From Phoronis australis (taxonomy: Eukaryota > Animalia > Phoronida), in the NCBI GenBank assembly GCA_002633005.1, contig NMRA01000413.1:237251-301250 (forward strand): a DNA stretch of 64,000 nucleotides, in the 5' to 3' direction. The number at the start of each line of letters is the position of its first letter. Position 1 is the stretch's first letter. Below the pieces are notes generated by a model. The model did no database searches. It was not told the DNA's origin and saw nothing but the letters and a program-made list of their open reading frames with translations. The position numbers and the translations under genes are program-made. Below, piece by piece: positions 1 through 11,546 of the stretch.

Positions 1-851
1 ATAAAAAGTTTTAACATTAAAATGTTTCGTTTCTCGCAACCGACAAATCTACTTTAGTTAGAAATTTGATCACACGCCTCACACAATTATTTTTGGGGGC
101 TAATCAAATTTTACTTTAGCAAAATATATCCTTAACTGTTGATTGCTGGGGTAATTTGTGTTAATTGTTTTAGGCTGAGATATGCTAAAAGTTGCATGAC
201 TAACCTTTATTCAGTAATCGTACGTGCAGTGTGAGCGTAACTTCACGCAAGATTAAGTCCAAAAGTCTAATTTAATCCGATCTTGTTGCCCAATATGCTG
301 GAAGTTTCAAGCAACAAGCAACGCCTACATATACATGAGCCCTTTTCAAATTCGAAACTTAAGAGTTGGCCAACCTCAATAAGCGTGTATTTGAGAGGGT
401 AATGGTTATGATATTTGTTTTTGTTGACGGAAACAGAACAGATATTGGAGTACTGTTTTAAAAAGAAAAAAAATTGATTTTCGTTTCTTGACCAGCTAAA
501 CAGGGCGAAATGCAGTTTTAAGACATTAAACATTGATATCAGGCAGTGATATCGGGCTGTTTTAACGAGATGTGATATCGCTCAGTAATATCGGGCAGCG
601 ATAAGCTGCGTTGAATCATCAAGTGTGTGCTATGTAGTTATTTCCCGGGGTTCTTTAGAAAAAAATGTACAGAACTGCCCCCATGAGATCATAAAACAGA
701 TCGATCTCAGAGCCTATAAATCGTGAAAAAGTAACACGCTACCCGACCCCGGGAGTTATGTAAACAACTGTACATGATTAACTTCAACAAGGGCTCTTTA
801 ACGAATTGAAATAAGGAACCTAACGAAATTACCGAGTCCAACCACAAATAC

Positions 852-1043
852 CTTTTTCTTCAGAGTCTCTATGCCTCCAAGAAAGACATAGCCGATGATC
901 ATCAGTGGTGAGATCATAGTGCAGCATAAAACTATGAGGAACTTTATCATTACGTTGTGCTTCAAGAAGAACTTCTGTTGCCTTGGCGACTGGCCATAGA
1001 ACTCTTCATATAAATGGCGCTGCACATACTCGTGAGCAATAAA
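852..1043 (-). CDS. TRPC: TRPC-like channel internal exon (linker helices to pre-S1: FIAHEYVQRHLYEEFYGQ...KFLIVLCCTMISPLMIIGYVFLGG...)
   Basis: Acceptor ttcatttcAG and donor AAG|GTattt; 192 nt, phase 0-0. FIAHEYVQRHLYEEFY matches the TRPC motif FVAHPxxQxxLxxxWY and is followed by a hydrophobic pre-S1-like segment. Confidence 0.85.
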
Positions 1044-1822
1044 CTGAAATGAACATAAATCACTGCATTCAGTTATTAGAAATAGACAAGGATGTTCTGA
1101 ACGTGTTATGTTCCAGATCACTCAACACTGGATAAATGTCTTGTTAGCTTTTCAGTACATTTTGCTCTCTGAAATAGAGCCGCAAGTTGTAATGCTTTAG
1201 GTCCCTATCTTGTCCATAATCTATCCTTTGAACATTTTTCACCGAATTGGGTTCCGTTCCGTAGTCGCAAGAGTTTCGCGAAAACGCAAGACCACACAAC
1301 AAGACTTCGCGAGATACCGTCATGCAATGTAAGCTAAGCACGTTATCACACTATCTTGCTAGTGTCTTACAGTAGGCCTACGGAACGCAGCCCGGCAACC
1401 AGGTTGTCACAGAGGAGCCTTATCACGCGAATGCCTCCAATAGTGAGCGTGTTTGTGTAATTTTACCTCTCTTCCTCTCCCAATATTCCCTGTCGTAGTA
1501 GGATTTGATTTCTGTTTTCAACTCGAACATCGAAACCATTAGAGTTTAATTTCTTGGGGTTAGCCAATCCGTAATTGTGAATTCGAAAATGATGTATGTA
1601 TATATTGCCTGTTAGTTGAGTTGCCGGAACAATTTGAATACGTGTAGTAATTTTTCTGAAGACAAAGGCACTTCAATTAAAATTCAACACTCGGAGATAA
1701 AAAATGGCGAAGAGTCCTGCTTTAGACGTCCTTTGAAAGTCAACTTTTGTGAGTTTATAGTTATTGGTATTTATTTTCCGGTTCACGTTTCATTTATTTG
1801 AATCTATTTAACTTCCCTTGCA

Positions 1823-1906
1823 GGGACCACACGTTACGTTTATACACTGTATCGGGGCCACACGTTAGGTTTATACACTGTATCGGGACCACACGTTACG
1901 TTTATA
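1823..1906. repeat. 31-bp tandem repeat, ~2.7 copies
   Basis: GGGACCACACGTTACGTTTATACACTGTATC units start at 1823, 1854 and 1885. Confidence 0.9.
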
Positions 1907-2045
1907 TCTCTTTGGTCTTATCTATATTTCCGTCTTACACTTTTAATTTTTACATGTCTTGCCTTCTGTTTTTGTTTGTTCTTGAGTGAATTGAATGCAA
2001 TTTAAAATTTACTGAAAGCGACGTCATGTTTGTTGGATATCTAAC

Positions 2046-2222
2046 ATGTTTGGCTCCATCGGCATATCCAGTCTCCACAGTTCCAAGCTTAAACGCTTCC
2101 ACTGGCAAGTCATCAAAGTGTGACCTGTTTAGGAACAGATCAAGATCCTTCTTGCAACCACACAACTTGACCATATCGCAGCAAAACTTCTCCGCGTCTT
2201 CCGAAAGTGAAATGTACTCCTT
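2046..2222 (-). CDS. TRPC: TRPC-like channel internal exon (KEYISLSEDAEKFCCDMVKLCGCKKDLDLFLN...GAKH)
   Basis: Acceptor gttttgtAG and donor CAT|GTtaga; 177 nt, phase 0-0. Matches TRPC EYxxLxxxCxxFxxDLLxxCRxxxExxxxLN and joins both neighbouring exons in frame. Confidence 0.85.
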
Positions 2223-3015
2223 CTACAAAACCAAACATAACAGCAACGTGATGATTCAGTGGTCGAGTTGTCCTGTAACATCTGAGCACGAGCTTTGACT
2301 GTACCTGATTGGCTTCGCCGCGTTCCCCGGAACAACCGGTTGAGACATGATTTGTTTTTTAGCCGAAATTCGTTATCGAAAACCATCGTGTCTCAGCCGG
2401 GTGGAGTTTCGTAGACGCACGAATCTCGCTAAGGATTACGTGCTTAGCTTGCAATACATGCCTTTATTTTGCGGAAGTCTTGCGAGCTCTTGGTCTTCTA
2501 GCAAGAAACTATGTCTACGTGATGCACGCCTGATTTCTCTGGCGGAACCGGCGAAGTCAGTCAAGTGCAGCCAACTATTTGAACTGCACGCCTTTTACTT
2601 ACCTGGGGTAATTACGCTGAATAGACTGATTGTGAAGACTGTATGTGTAAGTTGATCCTGATCTAAATAATGTATGTTGAACATTGTACAGTGCAACGAT
2701 GTGATTTTACTAAAATATATACATGTATTGGGCTATGTACACAACGGTTTACAATTATCAATTCCCGCGTTCTTAAGGTTCTGACTGGTGTCTACTTCCC
2801 TTGTAGCGATTGTCAGTAAGAGAGACGACTAAACACAAACTACCATTTGTGTAGACATTTTGTAGGAATTAAGAAAGGACAATTAATACATTTTGATGAA
2901 GCTATTGTGACCCCATTTATCAAACTCAAGTTCACGTTTACAATTTCTCATATGACCTGGAATGTCTTACGACACGACTGTTTAGTAACATCGAGTACGT
3001 AATTTTTTGATATTA

Positions 3016-3620
3016 CATGGGCGAATCACAAAGTAGTGCATAGTAGAAATCCGTAAGCCTTACATTTTATCGTCTTCAAAACAATAAAACAATCAAACGC
3101 GCGCCAACCAATCAGTGCCGGAATTCCGGGAAGGTGACAAGGTTATGATTGACAAATCGGATGTCGCAACTGCACATACTTCCAGTCGGAAGGACATGCA
3201 AACAACTTTTTAAACCGACTCATCTTCGGCGGCGAATTCCATATCCACGTTCATTCAAACGGAGACGAGTCCCAACGCAAGAAACGCTGCGAGACTGTCA
3301 AGGTGTGCTGTCTCAAGGTCAATTCAGTGCTCACGCGCGGGGAAGCCTTGCTGGTTGTTATTTATAAAAACATTAAATTTTATTATGACAACTTCAAAGA
3401 CTATTAAATTCTAATATTTGTTAAGAAAGCTGAATGCATTTTTCATTTGTTTAGCTTAAAACAAAACTATTAACCAAATGTAAGTGAATTACTTTACATT
3501 GCGCACGCGTGTTTTTACAAGTTGCGTCAAAATCTCGAGGCTTGCCGAGGGATTTTGACGAAATTTCCAAGAGGTTTTGCCCATGTCATAAACCTGATGC
3601 TCGTGTAGGATTTTCTATTT
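3016..3620. mobile_element. Probable non-autonomous DNA element
   Basis: Imperfect inverted end motifs (CATGGGCGAA / TTTGCCCATG; TAGAAATCC / GGATTTTCTA). Confidence 0.35.
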
Positions 3621-4215
3621 ATTGTACATCTCCAAGCGAGTGATTTCTGTGTTTTTTTGAAATTTTATCCAAAATACTGGCAATCTTGTGCGATTGATAC
3701 AATGGTTCAACTGATACCATCCTACATTTTATCATCACATTTCAGATATCTTCTTGATCAAAATGCTCAAACCAGTATTTCCCTTCAAGGAGGTACCCAC
3801 AGATAACATTCTCACCGGGATTTAAGGGGAAAGCAACTGTAAATACAAGTTTTAGGGAGTCATTTTTTCTTCACTAATTCTCTGAACTTTCCTTACAGCA
3901 ACAGACTTGGTTCTCTATTCATTGAGCAATTACAACTTCCAACTTGCTATTGAACGCTATTTCATGTTGATGTATTTGTGCAATGGAATTCAATACTAAA
4001 TCAAGGTGGCGGCCTTTTGATTCTATTTCCGAATGGGGGAGTAAATACGCGCAATCAGTTGCTAAAAAATCTCTCCAAGATAGCCATAGATCAGTAGTTT
4101 TGTACAGACAACACTGAACAATTACTTCGCCCTTTATCAGCACTAACCATCTGGGAAAACTATTCGAAATGTTACTGACGTTAAATGCTAGGTAATGTCG
4201 GCAATACTGTTGTAC

Positions 4216-4532
4216 CTGAAACTCAATATCCATTTTGCTCATTTTCAACATCTGTCGTCGCAGTTCAAACGCTTCTCTGATCGGGTCTTGTGTTGTCAAC
4301 AGATGTGCAGGTCTGGCCAGAGCCTTGTACGAGTTGATCCTCAGTAGCGAGTGTCTCAGTGATTCTTCCGGAGGACAGTTTTCTTTGGTGCAAAAGTAGT
4401 CATGCGGCGGGGGGATGTGCAGCTCATATTTGGCAGTGAGATGTGAGAACAAGGTTACGTTGTTGGCTATGGCAATCTGGATCATCGGGTGCCAAGTGAT
4501 ACTTTCTTTCAATTGCTTCCATAACGGTATTA
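4216..4532 (-). CDS. TRPC: TRPC-like channel exon: last ankyrin-like repeat plus TRP_2 domain
   Basis: PPPHDYFCTKENC..ESLRHSLLRINSYKALARPAHL..TQDPIREAFELRRQM..MSKMDIEFQ matches the TRP_2 consensus (PHDYFC..DSLxHSxxRINAYKxLASP..EDPxxTAFEL..ExEF). Acceptor gttgcAG, donor CAG|GTac; phase 1-0. Confidence 0.92.
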
Positions 4533-5724
4533 CTGCAACATTACCGCAAGGAAAAAGAATCCCATAAACACCACATAAAATTAACATGATTTAACAGATA
4601 ATCAAGAAGTCGCCATAGATATTACCTTTCTAACCGTAGTTGGAAGTGTTATTTGCTTCCCTGATTACGTACTTCTCACCTTGATAATATTTCTCTTCTT
4701 ATAAGAGTGTTGGAGGCAAAACTTTTAAAAACTAGATCAACCGTACAAATACGTGTTTTCTACTTTTGGAAAATGGGATATTTGAGTTCGGAGCAAAGGC
4801 TATTACTTGAGCGTGTGAGGAATTAAAGTAGCAGTGTGAAGAAGGACGGTAGTGCGGGTAATTTACTGACAGGAAGCAAGAATTTAGTGCAATTTGTGAG
4901 GAATTGAGCTTTCTGGCAAGGATTGTTGCTACTTTTGAAAAATAAATAAGGAAATCCTAACAATAAACAGGGAATTACTTTGCACCAGGTCGAGAATTAT
5001 TGTTGCGATAAAATAATAATCAGAAGAAACACAGCCCATGTATTGTGCGGTGTACACGAACTGCTGTGTAGCACCTTTCCTCAATAACTGCGGTAATTAT
5101 CACGCCTGAAATACAATGAATTCAATAATAACTCCTTGGTGAGTGGTACATGTACATGTATATGATCAGTCAGTGAGTCTCTGCATTCCGCCCTGGGTGA
5201 AAAAAAGAAACCCGAATTAGGCATTTTACTCTCACCAATTCAGTCTCACAATATTCCTTACATTCAAGGACTGTGTTTCCGTAACCAATTCAAGTCACAG
5301 GCAATGAGTGCATGCATGCGTCACTTAACACACGCCTCTTTATTGGCGTTCTCTCAAGTAACGATGGCGCGAATCCCGATTCAGACTCAATGGGCAAAAA
5401 TCCAATAACTACATGGAGGTTAATTAATAATTACTTATAAACGGAGGAATAAATTACACTTTTAGCCCTGTCAATGCGTGATTAACTTAAGGTAACCAAT
5501 TTCTTTTAGCGTTTTGACATCGGCTAGGATCGAAATTCTCTCGCTTTGTCAGTCGCAGACATTGGATTCTTCGCAGTGGAAATGTATGAAATATGATGTC
5601 CTTATTCATACATTGATATATCAAGAGATTGCCTTCTTCGGTAAGGCATCAGTGCACCCCACTTCACAGCAATGAATACTTGCCGGCATTGTGACAACAG
5701 GAAATATGTTTAAACGCTACTTAA

Positions 5725-7360
5725 AGGAGAATGTCACCGGATTTAATTAGTCTTTCTTGCCGTCTTAATTGGTCTATATCCACATCGCCTCGCATACGGT
5801 CGACCTTCCCTTGCCGAGAGGTGTCGCGTTAACCTGTGAGGAAGGTGAGAAACGACGCAGCGACGTCAGTGTTTCATGTGCAGAGTGAATGCTGCTATGT
5901 TGCGGTGCATCGTTCCCGCTTTTCCGAACTATGCACCTGCGAGAAAAGCGGGTATACCGTTTTTTCGACTTCTTCGAGAGTTCGAAATGCTTAGGAAGTG
6001 GCTCGCAGTAGCGAAGAATGAGAAGTACGCTGTAAATAGCAAGTATGATGCCATGAAACATCTCTGTGTCTGTGGCCTGCAGTCGTCGAAAATGCCGGAC
6101 GAATGCCGGCTTACCAAATAACTATCCATACATTCCGTTTTCTGAGCTTGTTCACGGCGCCTCTCTATAATATTTCACTGTATTCCGGTTCGAACTGATA
6201 GCCTGCGAAACTTAACGACCCACCTGCGAAGTATTCGTCCGGATGAGCTCTCGACGTCCAAGTCGGAATTGCGAGTTGCCATGTTGATGTTTATTAGGCT
6301 ACTGAGCGTTCTGTTTCAAAATAAGTTATTCTCATCCTAACCAATACTTATATCAAACTGAAACAAAGTCTGTCTCATTAGATGCAACTTGAAATGCCTT
6401 TGGAATGCTCGTGAGTGCAAATGATTTGAGAAGCCAGCAATGAATAAATCATTGCGTTACCGGCTTTAGGTGCAATAAAACTAATTGACCGGCCATGTGA
6501 TCGCATGCTAAATCAGTGTTTGCTGACAGAAAATGTTGTGAAACAACTCGATTTTCTATCCCAAGGCCAGGTATTAGGGGAATCTTTATTTACATTTTCA
6601 TTATTCAAATAATGATTGTCAATGTACAACTTCTTCCCTGACGTTCCTGTGGCCAAAGCATGACCTGAATTCGCGGCCCCCGACGAGTAAGTAGATTTGC
6701 AGTTTGGTGGCTAATTCACCAACATAATCACGTGCACATTACTTCTTTAGCTCACTAGTATAGTATTTTCTTGACTGGAAGTTTTGTTTCCAACTTTGAT
6801 TTCTTTACGTTCGTGATGTCTTCAGTCCGGCCGCGACGGGTCTGATCGGGCTGCGAGCCACTGGCCGGGATAACAAGCGTTTTGTGTGTTTAGGACTCAA
6901 AAAATCACAAGTCTAAATAACACATATCTAGGTTCTCCTGTCTGTACCTCACGGAAAAATACTTCGAAAATATCTCCGAACAGACCCCAAACTCCTGCTA
7001 CAGACCTTATTGGCCTGCCGAACTTTGTAGGCTACGGTGTGTCCAAATACCAATAAATCCGTAACAGCGAAATAAAACAACACGTTTTTATAAGAACTCT
7101 GAGTATTTTTAAGGGCTTTAAATCGAAGTTTGATGATTTATTGCTGTTAAACGATGAATTCAAGCGATAAGCTGACAAGATTAACCCGTGTTGTGAACTG
7201 CTGAACAGACTGCGTGTGAAACCAATGACGTCATTGGATAATTTCAACACCTCCGTCTGCCGTCAGGTGTCAGGTAACGCAACCGTACATGCCATTATCG
7301 AGTAGAACTACTCGATCTAAATTGATACAAATTAGGTTGTTTTTTGGGTGGCATGCTCCT
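5725..7360 (+). mobile_element. Non-autonomous Kolobok-type DNA transposon, copy 1 (decayed THAP and KolX-like remnant)
   Basis: TTAA on both sides (5721-5724, 7361-7364); TIRs AGGAGAATGTCACC / GGTGGCATGCTCCT (AG..CT ends); decayed THAP frame from 5897; homologous along most of its length to 52067-53530. Confidence 0.85.
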
Positions 7361-9178
7361 TTAACCTATTTAGGTTGAAACCTCCGTCCGCATTACATGG
7401 GATCTGTAAATGTAGGCCTAGGTGGCGCTGAACGCCTGTCCACCTGAAACACCCGATCGCCGTCTCGCGGGAAAGGGAGCTTCAATAGGGCGCACTTATT
7501 TTCGGAAATGAGCTATTCGTGTTGGCTCATCACAATTAACTCCGAAGCATTTCCTTCAGCCACTGATGGGCTATCACAGTTAAGAATGTAATGAGACGAT
7601 TTTATAAGAGTGGAAAGGCCTAATTTGATTTGTGCGAAATGCAGCTTTAGCAAAGGTCTACTGTATACTGCATTTAAAAACCTGCGGTAATCTAGAATAC
7701 CTACTAAACAGGATGTAGCGTATTCGTTATGGTTCACCCAAATGAGAATCAAATTAGGGAACCAAAAAGTAAGGGATGAGCGTTAAGCCCTGCTTTGTGG
7801 TTAAGAAACAATCAAATAAATTGTTTGCGGAACGTTGGGAATGGTGTAAGATGAGCGAGTTTCGGGAGCTACAGTTCACATGCAACACGTGATCACGAAG
7901 ACTCAAACGCATCCATGGACGTCTGACTCTCCATCGTATAACTTGAGCCTGACCATTAAGCCGAGCATGGGAGTTTAAAAGTGAAAATTTTAATAATTCG
8001 GGTGAAGGTGTCAAACATGGGTGATAACCTGGTTGATCACGGTATTTCTAATGTACTGTTATCAGGTAATGTAGCAAAGAGGTTTTAAGAAAAGATGCCA
8101 AAATTAATATGAGAATACAGGGTCATGTGGATGCCCAGCAGAGGCATTGCTGCAACGGCATGCAAGGAATTTTTGTATGTAGATTGTAAAGTTAATTGAA
8201 ACATCGGAAATTTCACTTTTCTTTTCATTTTGAACATAATCGGTTTCAGGACCCAAAAATACATTTTTTATTGTTGCTGCCGAGGTCAAGACTTCTTGCA
8301 GTTATTAGCTTTCATCCGGCAGCTCCATAAAACAGCACATTCATGTGTCTTTGTGATTTTTTTAGGAATCGAATATTCCAAACGTTGGCTTCCAGCCATT
8401 CGGTAGAAGTGAAATCTGTGCAAATGATCTCAATAGTTCGATTATCTCCTCAGCTACTTGACACAATGTTGTTTTTTTGGACAACCAGCAACTGAAGCGA
8501 TGTACAGCGATCTTTGAGATCGTGGGGTCGAATCCGTTGGTTGATGTCAAATACCCAAAATTTTAGAATTTTTGTCATTTGAAAGCTCCAATTAACTCAC
8601 TGGCTGTTAAAGACAACTGTTGATATAGGCCATGTATTTCACAATTTTAAACTGGACTCGGCCTCAATCTTTGGGGCATACGAACAGATAATCCTCCTCA
8701 ACGAGCTCATAGATATGTTTAACAAACCACACCGTGTCATGTCTTGAAACTTTGCTATTCCAAATAGTCACAAAAGCAGCGTTTATGAGAAATTATCATT
8801 TTTTTTCAAATGATACACTTCACGATTCAGCTAAAGCATATCCAATTGTTCTATAAAATACAAAACAGGAATAAATACACTTAAGCGGATTCATTTCAGA
8901 AACGGGGAATTTCCGCATTTAAATGAAATAAACCATCTCGACTTTACCTTTATATGGTCACCGCAGATAGGGAAATGTAAACTCAAATGAACGATAGCTG
9001 AGCTGACAATTCATTTTAAGGTGTAAAAATGTGACAATTGGTTGAACTGGCCACTAGTTCATTCCCTTATTATAGGCTTGATGTGGGCTGTAAGCTCGGC
9101 TGGCATTCACTTGAGGCTGAGCTCGCATACCTCCCTCTGCAGTGGCCCTTAATTGTTCAATTCCGGCTCAAAACTCAC

Positions 9179-9362
9179 CGACGTCCACAAGCTCGCTGTC
9201 GTTTTCATCAATGGCAAATTTTAATGCTTCTCGAGTGACCTTTGCGTGATTTCTTGTTTCCGGATTGAACTGTTTGATTATTACTTGGTCTGTGGAGTAC
9301 TCGACAGAGTTGAAATGTTTCAAGCGTTTGATGGTGCTGTAGGACACGACGTCTTCAAGCAA
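9179..9362 (-). CDS. TRPC: TRPC-like channel exon, ankyrin-like region (LLEDVVSY...EALKFAIDENDSELVDV)
   Basis: Acceptor attctttAG and strong donor G|GTGAGT. The phase-1 end joins the 4532 exon in frame (G+TA=Val). EALKFAIDEND.ELV resembles the TRPC ankyrin motif DALLxAIxxxxxxxV. Confidence 0.78.
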
Positions 9363-9771
9363 CTAAAGAATACCAACCAACTCAGTTGAAATTATCAAAA
9401 ATCACTGGAGATGACTTGTTATTTCTCCTCTTTATATCACTTCATATTTGGCACTCTTTTCCTAAACTAACGTCAGCTTACCGTGGTCACTCAGAATAAT
9501 ACCCAGGTTCAGGTACAGAAACACCCTCAAAAGTTTAATATTATTCACTAAATGCCCATGTTAGGTTGTATTCACCCACCGTAATATCAAGTCAACACTA
9601 GAATTAACATTCTGTTCCGCTCAGTGCTAATTAGGTTAAGCCGAAATTGAAAACTTCAAAATCGAATGCACGTCAAGTTAGTGCCCTACATTTTGACCGT
9701 GCCTTAGCTGCATGTTCAAGTTTCGATAAAGTCTTTACTAAATTTTGCAATATTTGAATTTTTTGAACGAC

Positions 9772-9824
9772 CCGCAGCACAATAGTGTCACTTGAGTGAT
9801 CCGCAGCACAATAGTGTCATTTGA
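9772..9824. repeat. 29-bp tandem duplication
   Basis: CCGCAGCACAATAGTGTCA(C/T)TTGA occurs twice. Confidence 0.85.
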
Positions 9825-10417
9825 AAGTATGATGGTGACAAAGGATTTATAAAAAACCTTCGAAATTCCATTGCCTCACCATCCAAGTCCAAACTTAACT
9901 GCTGTAGGTGATGTTGAACGTGTGCCGACAGGATACACGAATGTCGCCCTCTAGCGACATACACTGTATCAATACGCACTGTCGTTTACCTTCAATTGTA
10001 CTCAATGTTTGTAGTTTTTAGCTTATTAGTTCATCGATTTTTAAAAATCGAAAACACTACGTGGTCGCCTTTTCCAGCTAAATACAGCCGTGGTGTTCGT
10101 TTTTAACGATTTTTTTTGGTTCGTGCATTTTGAAAATTCGCTATCTTGTACAGGCATACATGTTTACTACCGTTTATGGTCCAGTAACTGCACTTAACTG
10201 CGGTCATCACAACAGTATCAAACTCCGGTCCCTCAAAGAAACTGAGCAGACTGACTGGTGGACACATTTCGGTAAATTCCTACCAATTTTAGACAAAATT
10301 ATTATTCCTGAAATTGACATTTTTCAAAGGACCTGTTCAGCAGAACCCCAGTTAAACATTTAATAAATAGCCTTATAGTACACAACTTCATTTTCCTGAC
10401 ATCTTTCGAAGTGCACA

Positions 10418-10996
10418 AACCAGCATTGTTAGGATCAAGGTAACAAGTAAAAGGTCATGCAGGTGTGAGACATGATAGCTCAACTGATAACACTAGGGTA
10501 AACAAGCCTCTTTATTGTATAACCATGCAAAAAACAATGTGAGACGTACCAAGTTGGTGCACTTACATGTTCAGGGGTGGTTTGAAAGCCTCCTTAAGAT
10601 TAAAGACAGGCGCCGTAGCCTGCACGGCAGCCTGTCATGTTAGCGAAACGCATCAACATCCGAATACACGAATATCTGAGTATGTGTCTAACAGACGTTC
10701 TAACGTCTACAAACATCTGCATGATCAGTCAGAATGCATGTCAGAATACTCAATGTCCAATTTTAGTATCTTGCACAGTTTAAGGATAGACTATAGACTT
10801 AAACTTAAGTAGGCTTCGTACATGTATATGCATTAGATAAATCAATCCCGGAATGTGCAGCAAGTGCACCATGTTGGTCTCACAATGTTGTGCGGTTATT
10901 GTCTGGTGTAGAGGCTTGTTGACCCTTGTGTTATTGAACTGTCTCAGACCTGCATGACGTTTTACTTGTTACCTTGACCTTTCCATCATGCTGGTT
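10418..10996. repeat. Long inverted repeat (foldback), arms ~10418-10564 and ~10862-10996
   Basis: AACCAGCAT..TCAAGGTAACAAGTAAAAGGTCATGCAGGTGTGAGACA matches the reverse complement of TGTCTCAGACCTGCATGACGTTTTACTTGTTACCTTGA..ATGCTGGTT; weaker similarity extends to ~10280 and ~11170. Confidence 0.75.
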
Positions 10997-11344
10997 CTTG
11001 GCCATTTTCAGTTTTCATAGGTTATAACATTCTTCAAAGTTGCACGATAGTAAATACATTCATGATTCAGAACTTACGCATGGCAAAAGCATGAATTTAG
11101 TACGTGACACACATATTTTATTTTGAAAACAGAATTTCACGTTTCAATCATAATCTGTCATAAATTGGTGATAGTCAACCGTTTAGATCATTACAAATAC
11201 CTGTTCCGGCATCATAGTTACACTAATGCTCCTCGCGGTGAATCGTGGATATTGTTTAGCTTTGGGCATGGTTGTACAAGTCGCCTTGTTGAAGCCAAAG
11301 CTATCCGTGTGGTTTCGCGTGTGGTCTGGCTGGATTAGAAGAAA

Positions 11345-11546
11345 CATAATATGTTAATTTCCTAGGTGTTTGAACTAACTAATTTTATACTAATTTATTT
11401 TATTTATTATCTTTTTCAATCTAATTGTACATAGCTGTCTGTATTTTACTTCATTTAATTATTTCCGACTGGGCCCACTTGAAAATCAGTGTATTCACTG
11501 AAGTGGTCACCCAGTCTTTTAAGGAAGTTTAAATAAATAAATAAAT
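11345..11546 (+). mobile_element. 3' tail of a CR1/L2-group LINE or LINE-tailed SINE
   Basis: T-rich 3'UTR, stem-loop GACTGGG-CCACT..TCAGTG-tatt-CACTGA-AGTGG..CCCAGTC (11467-11516) and an (AAAT)n tail. Confidence 0.55.

Noticed and set aside
8104-8630. Two same-frame minus ORFs as a pseudogene
   Set aside because: Four stops lie between them and no domain is recognisable.
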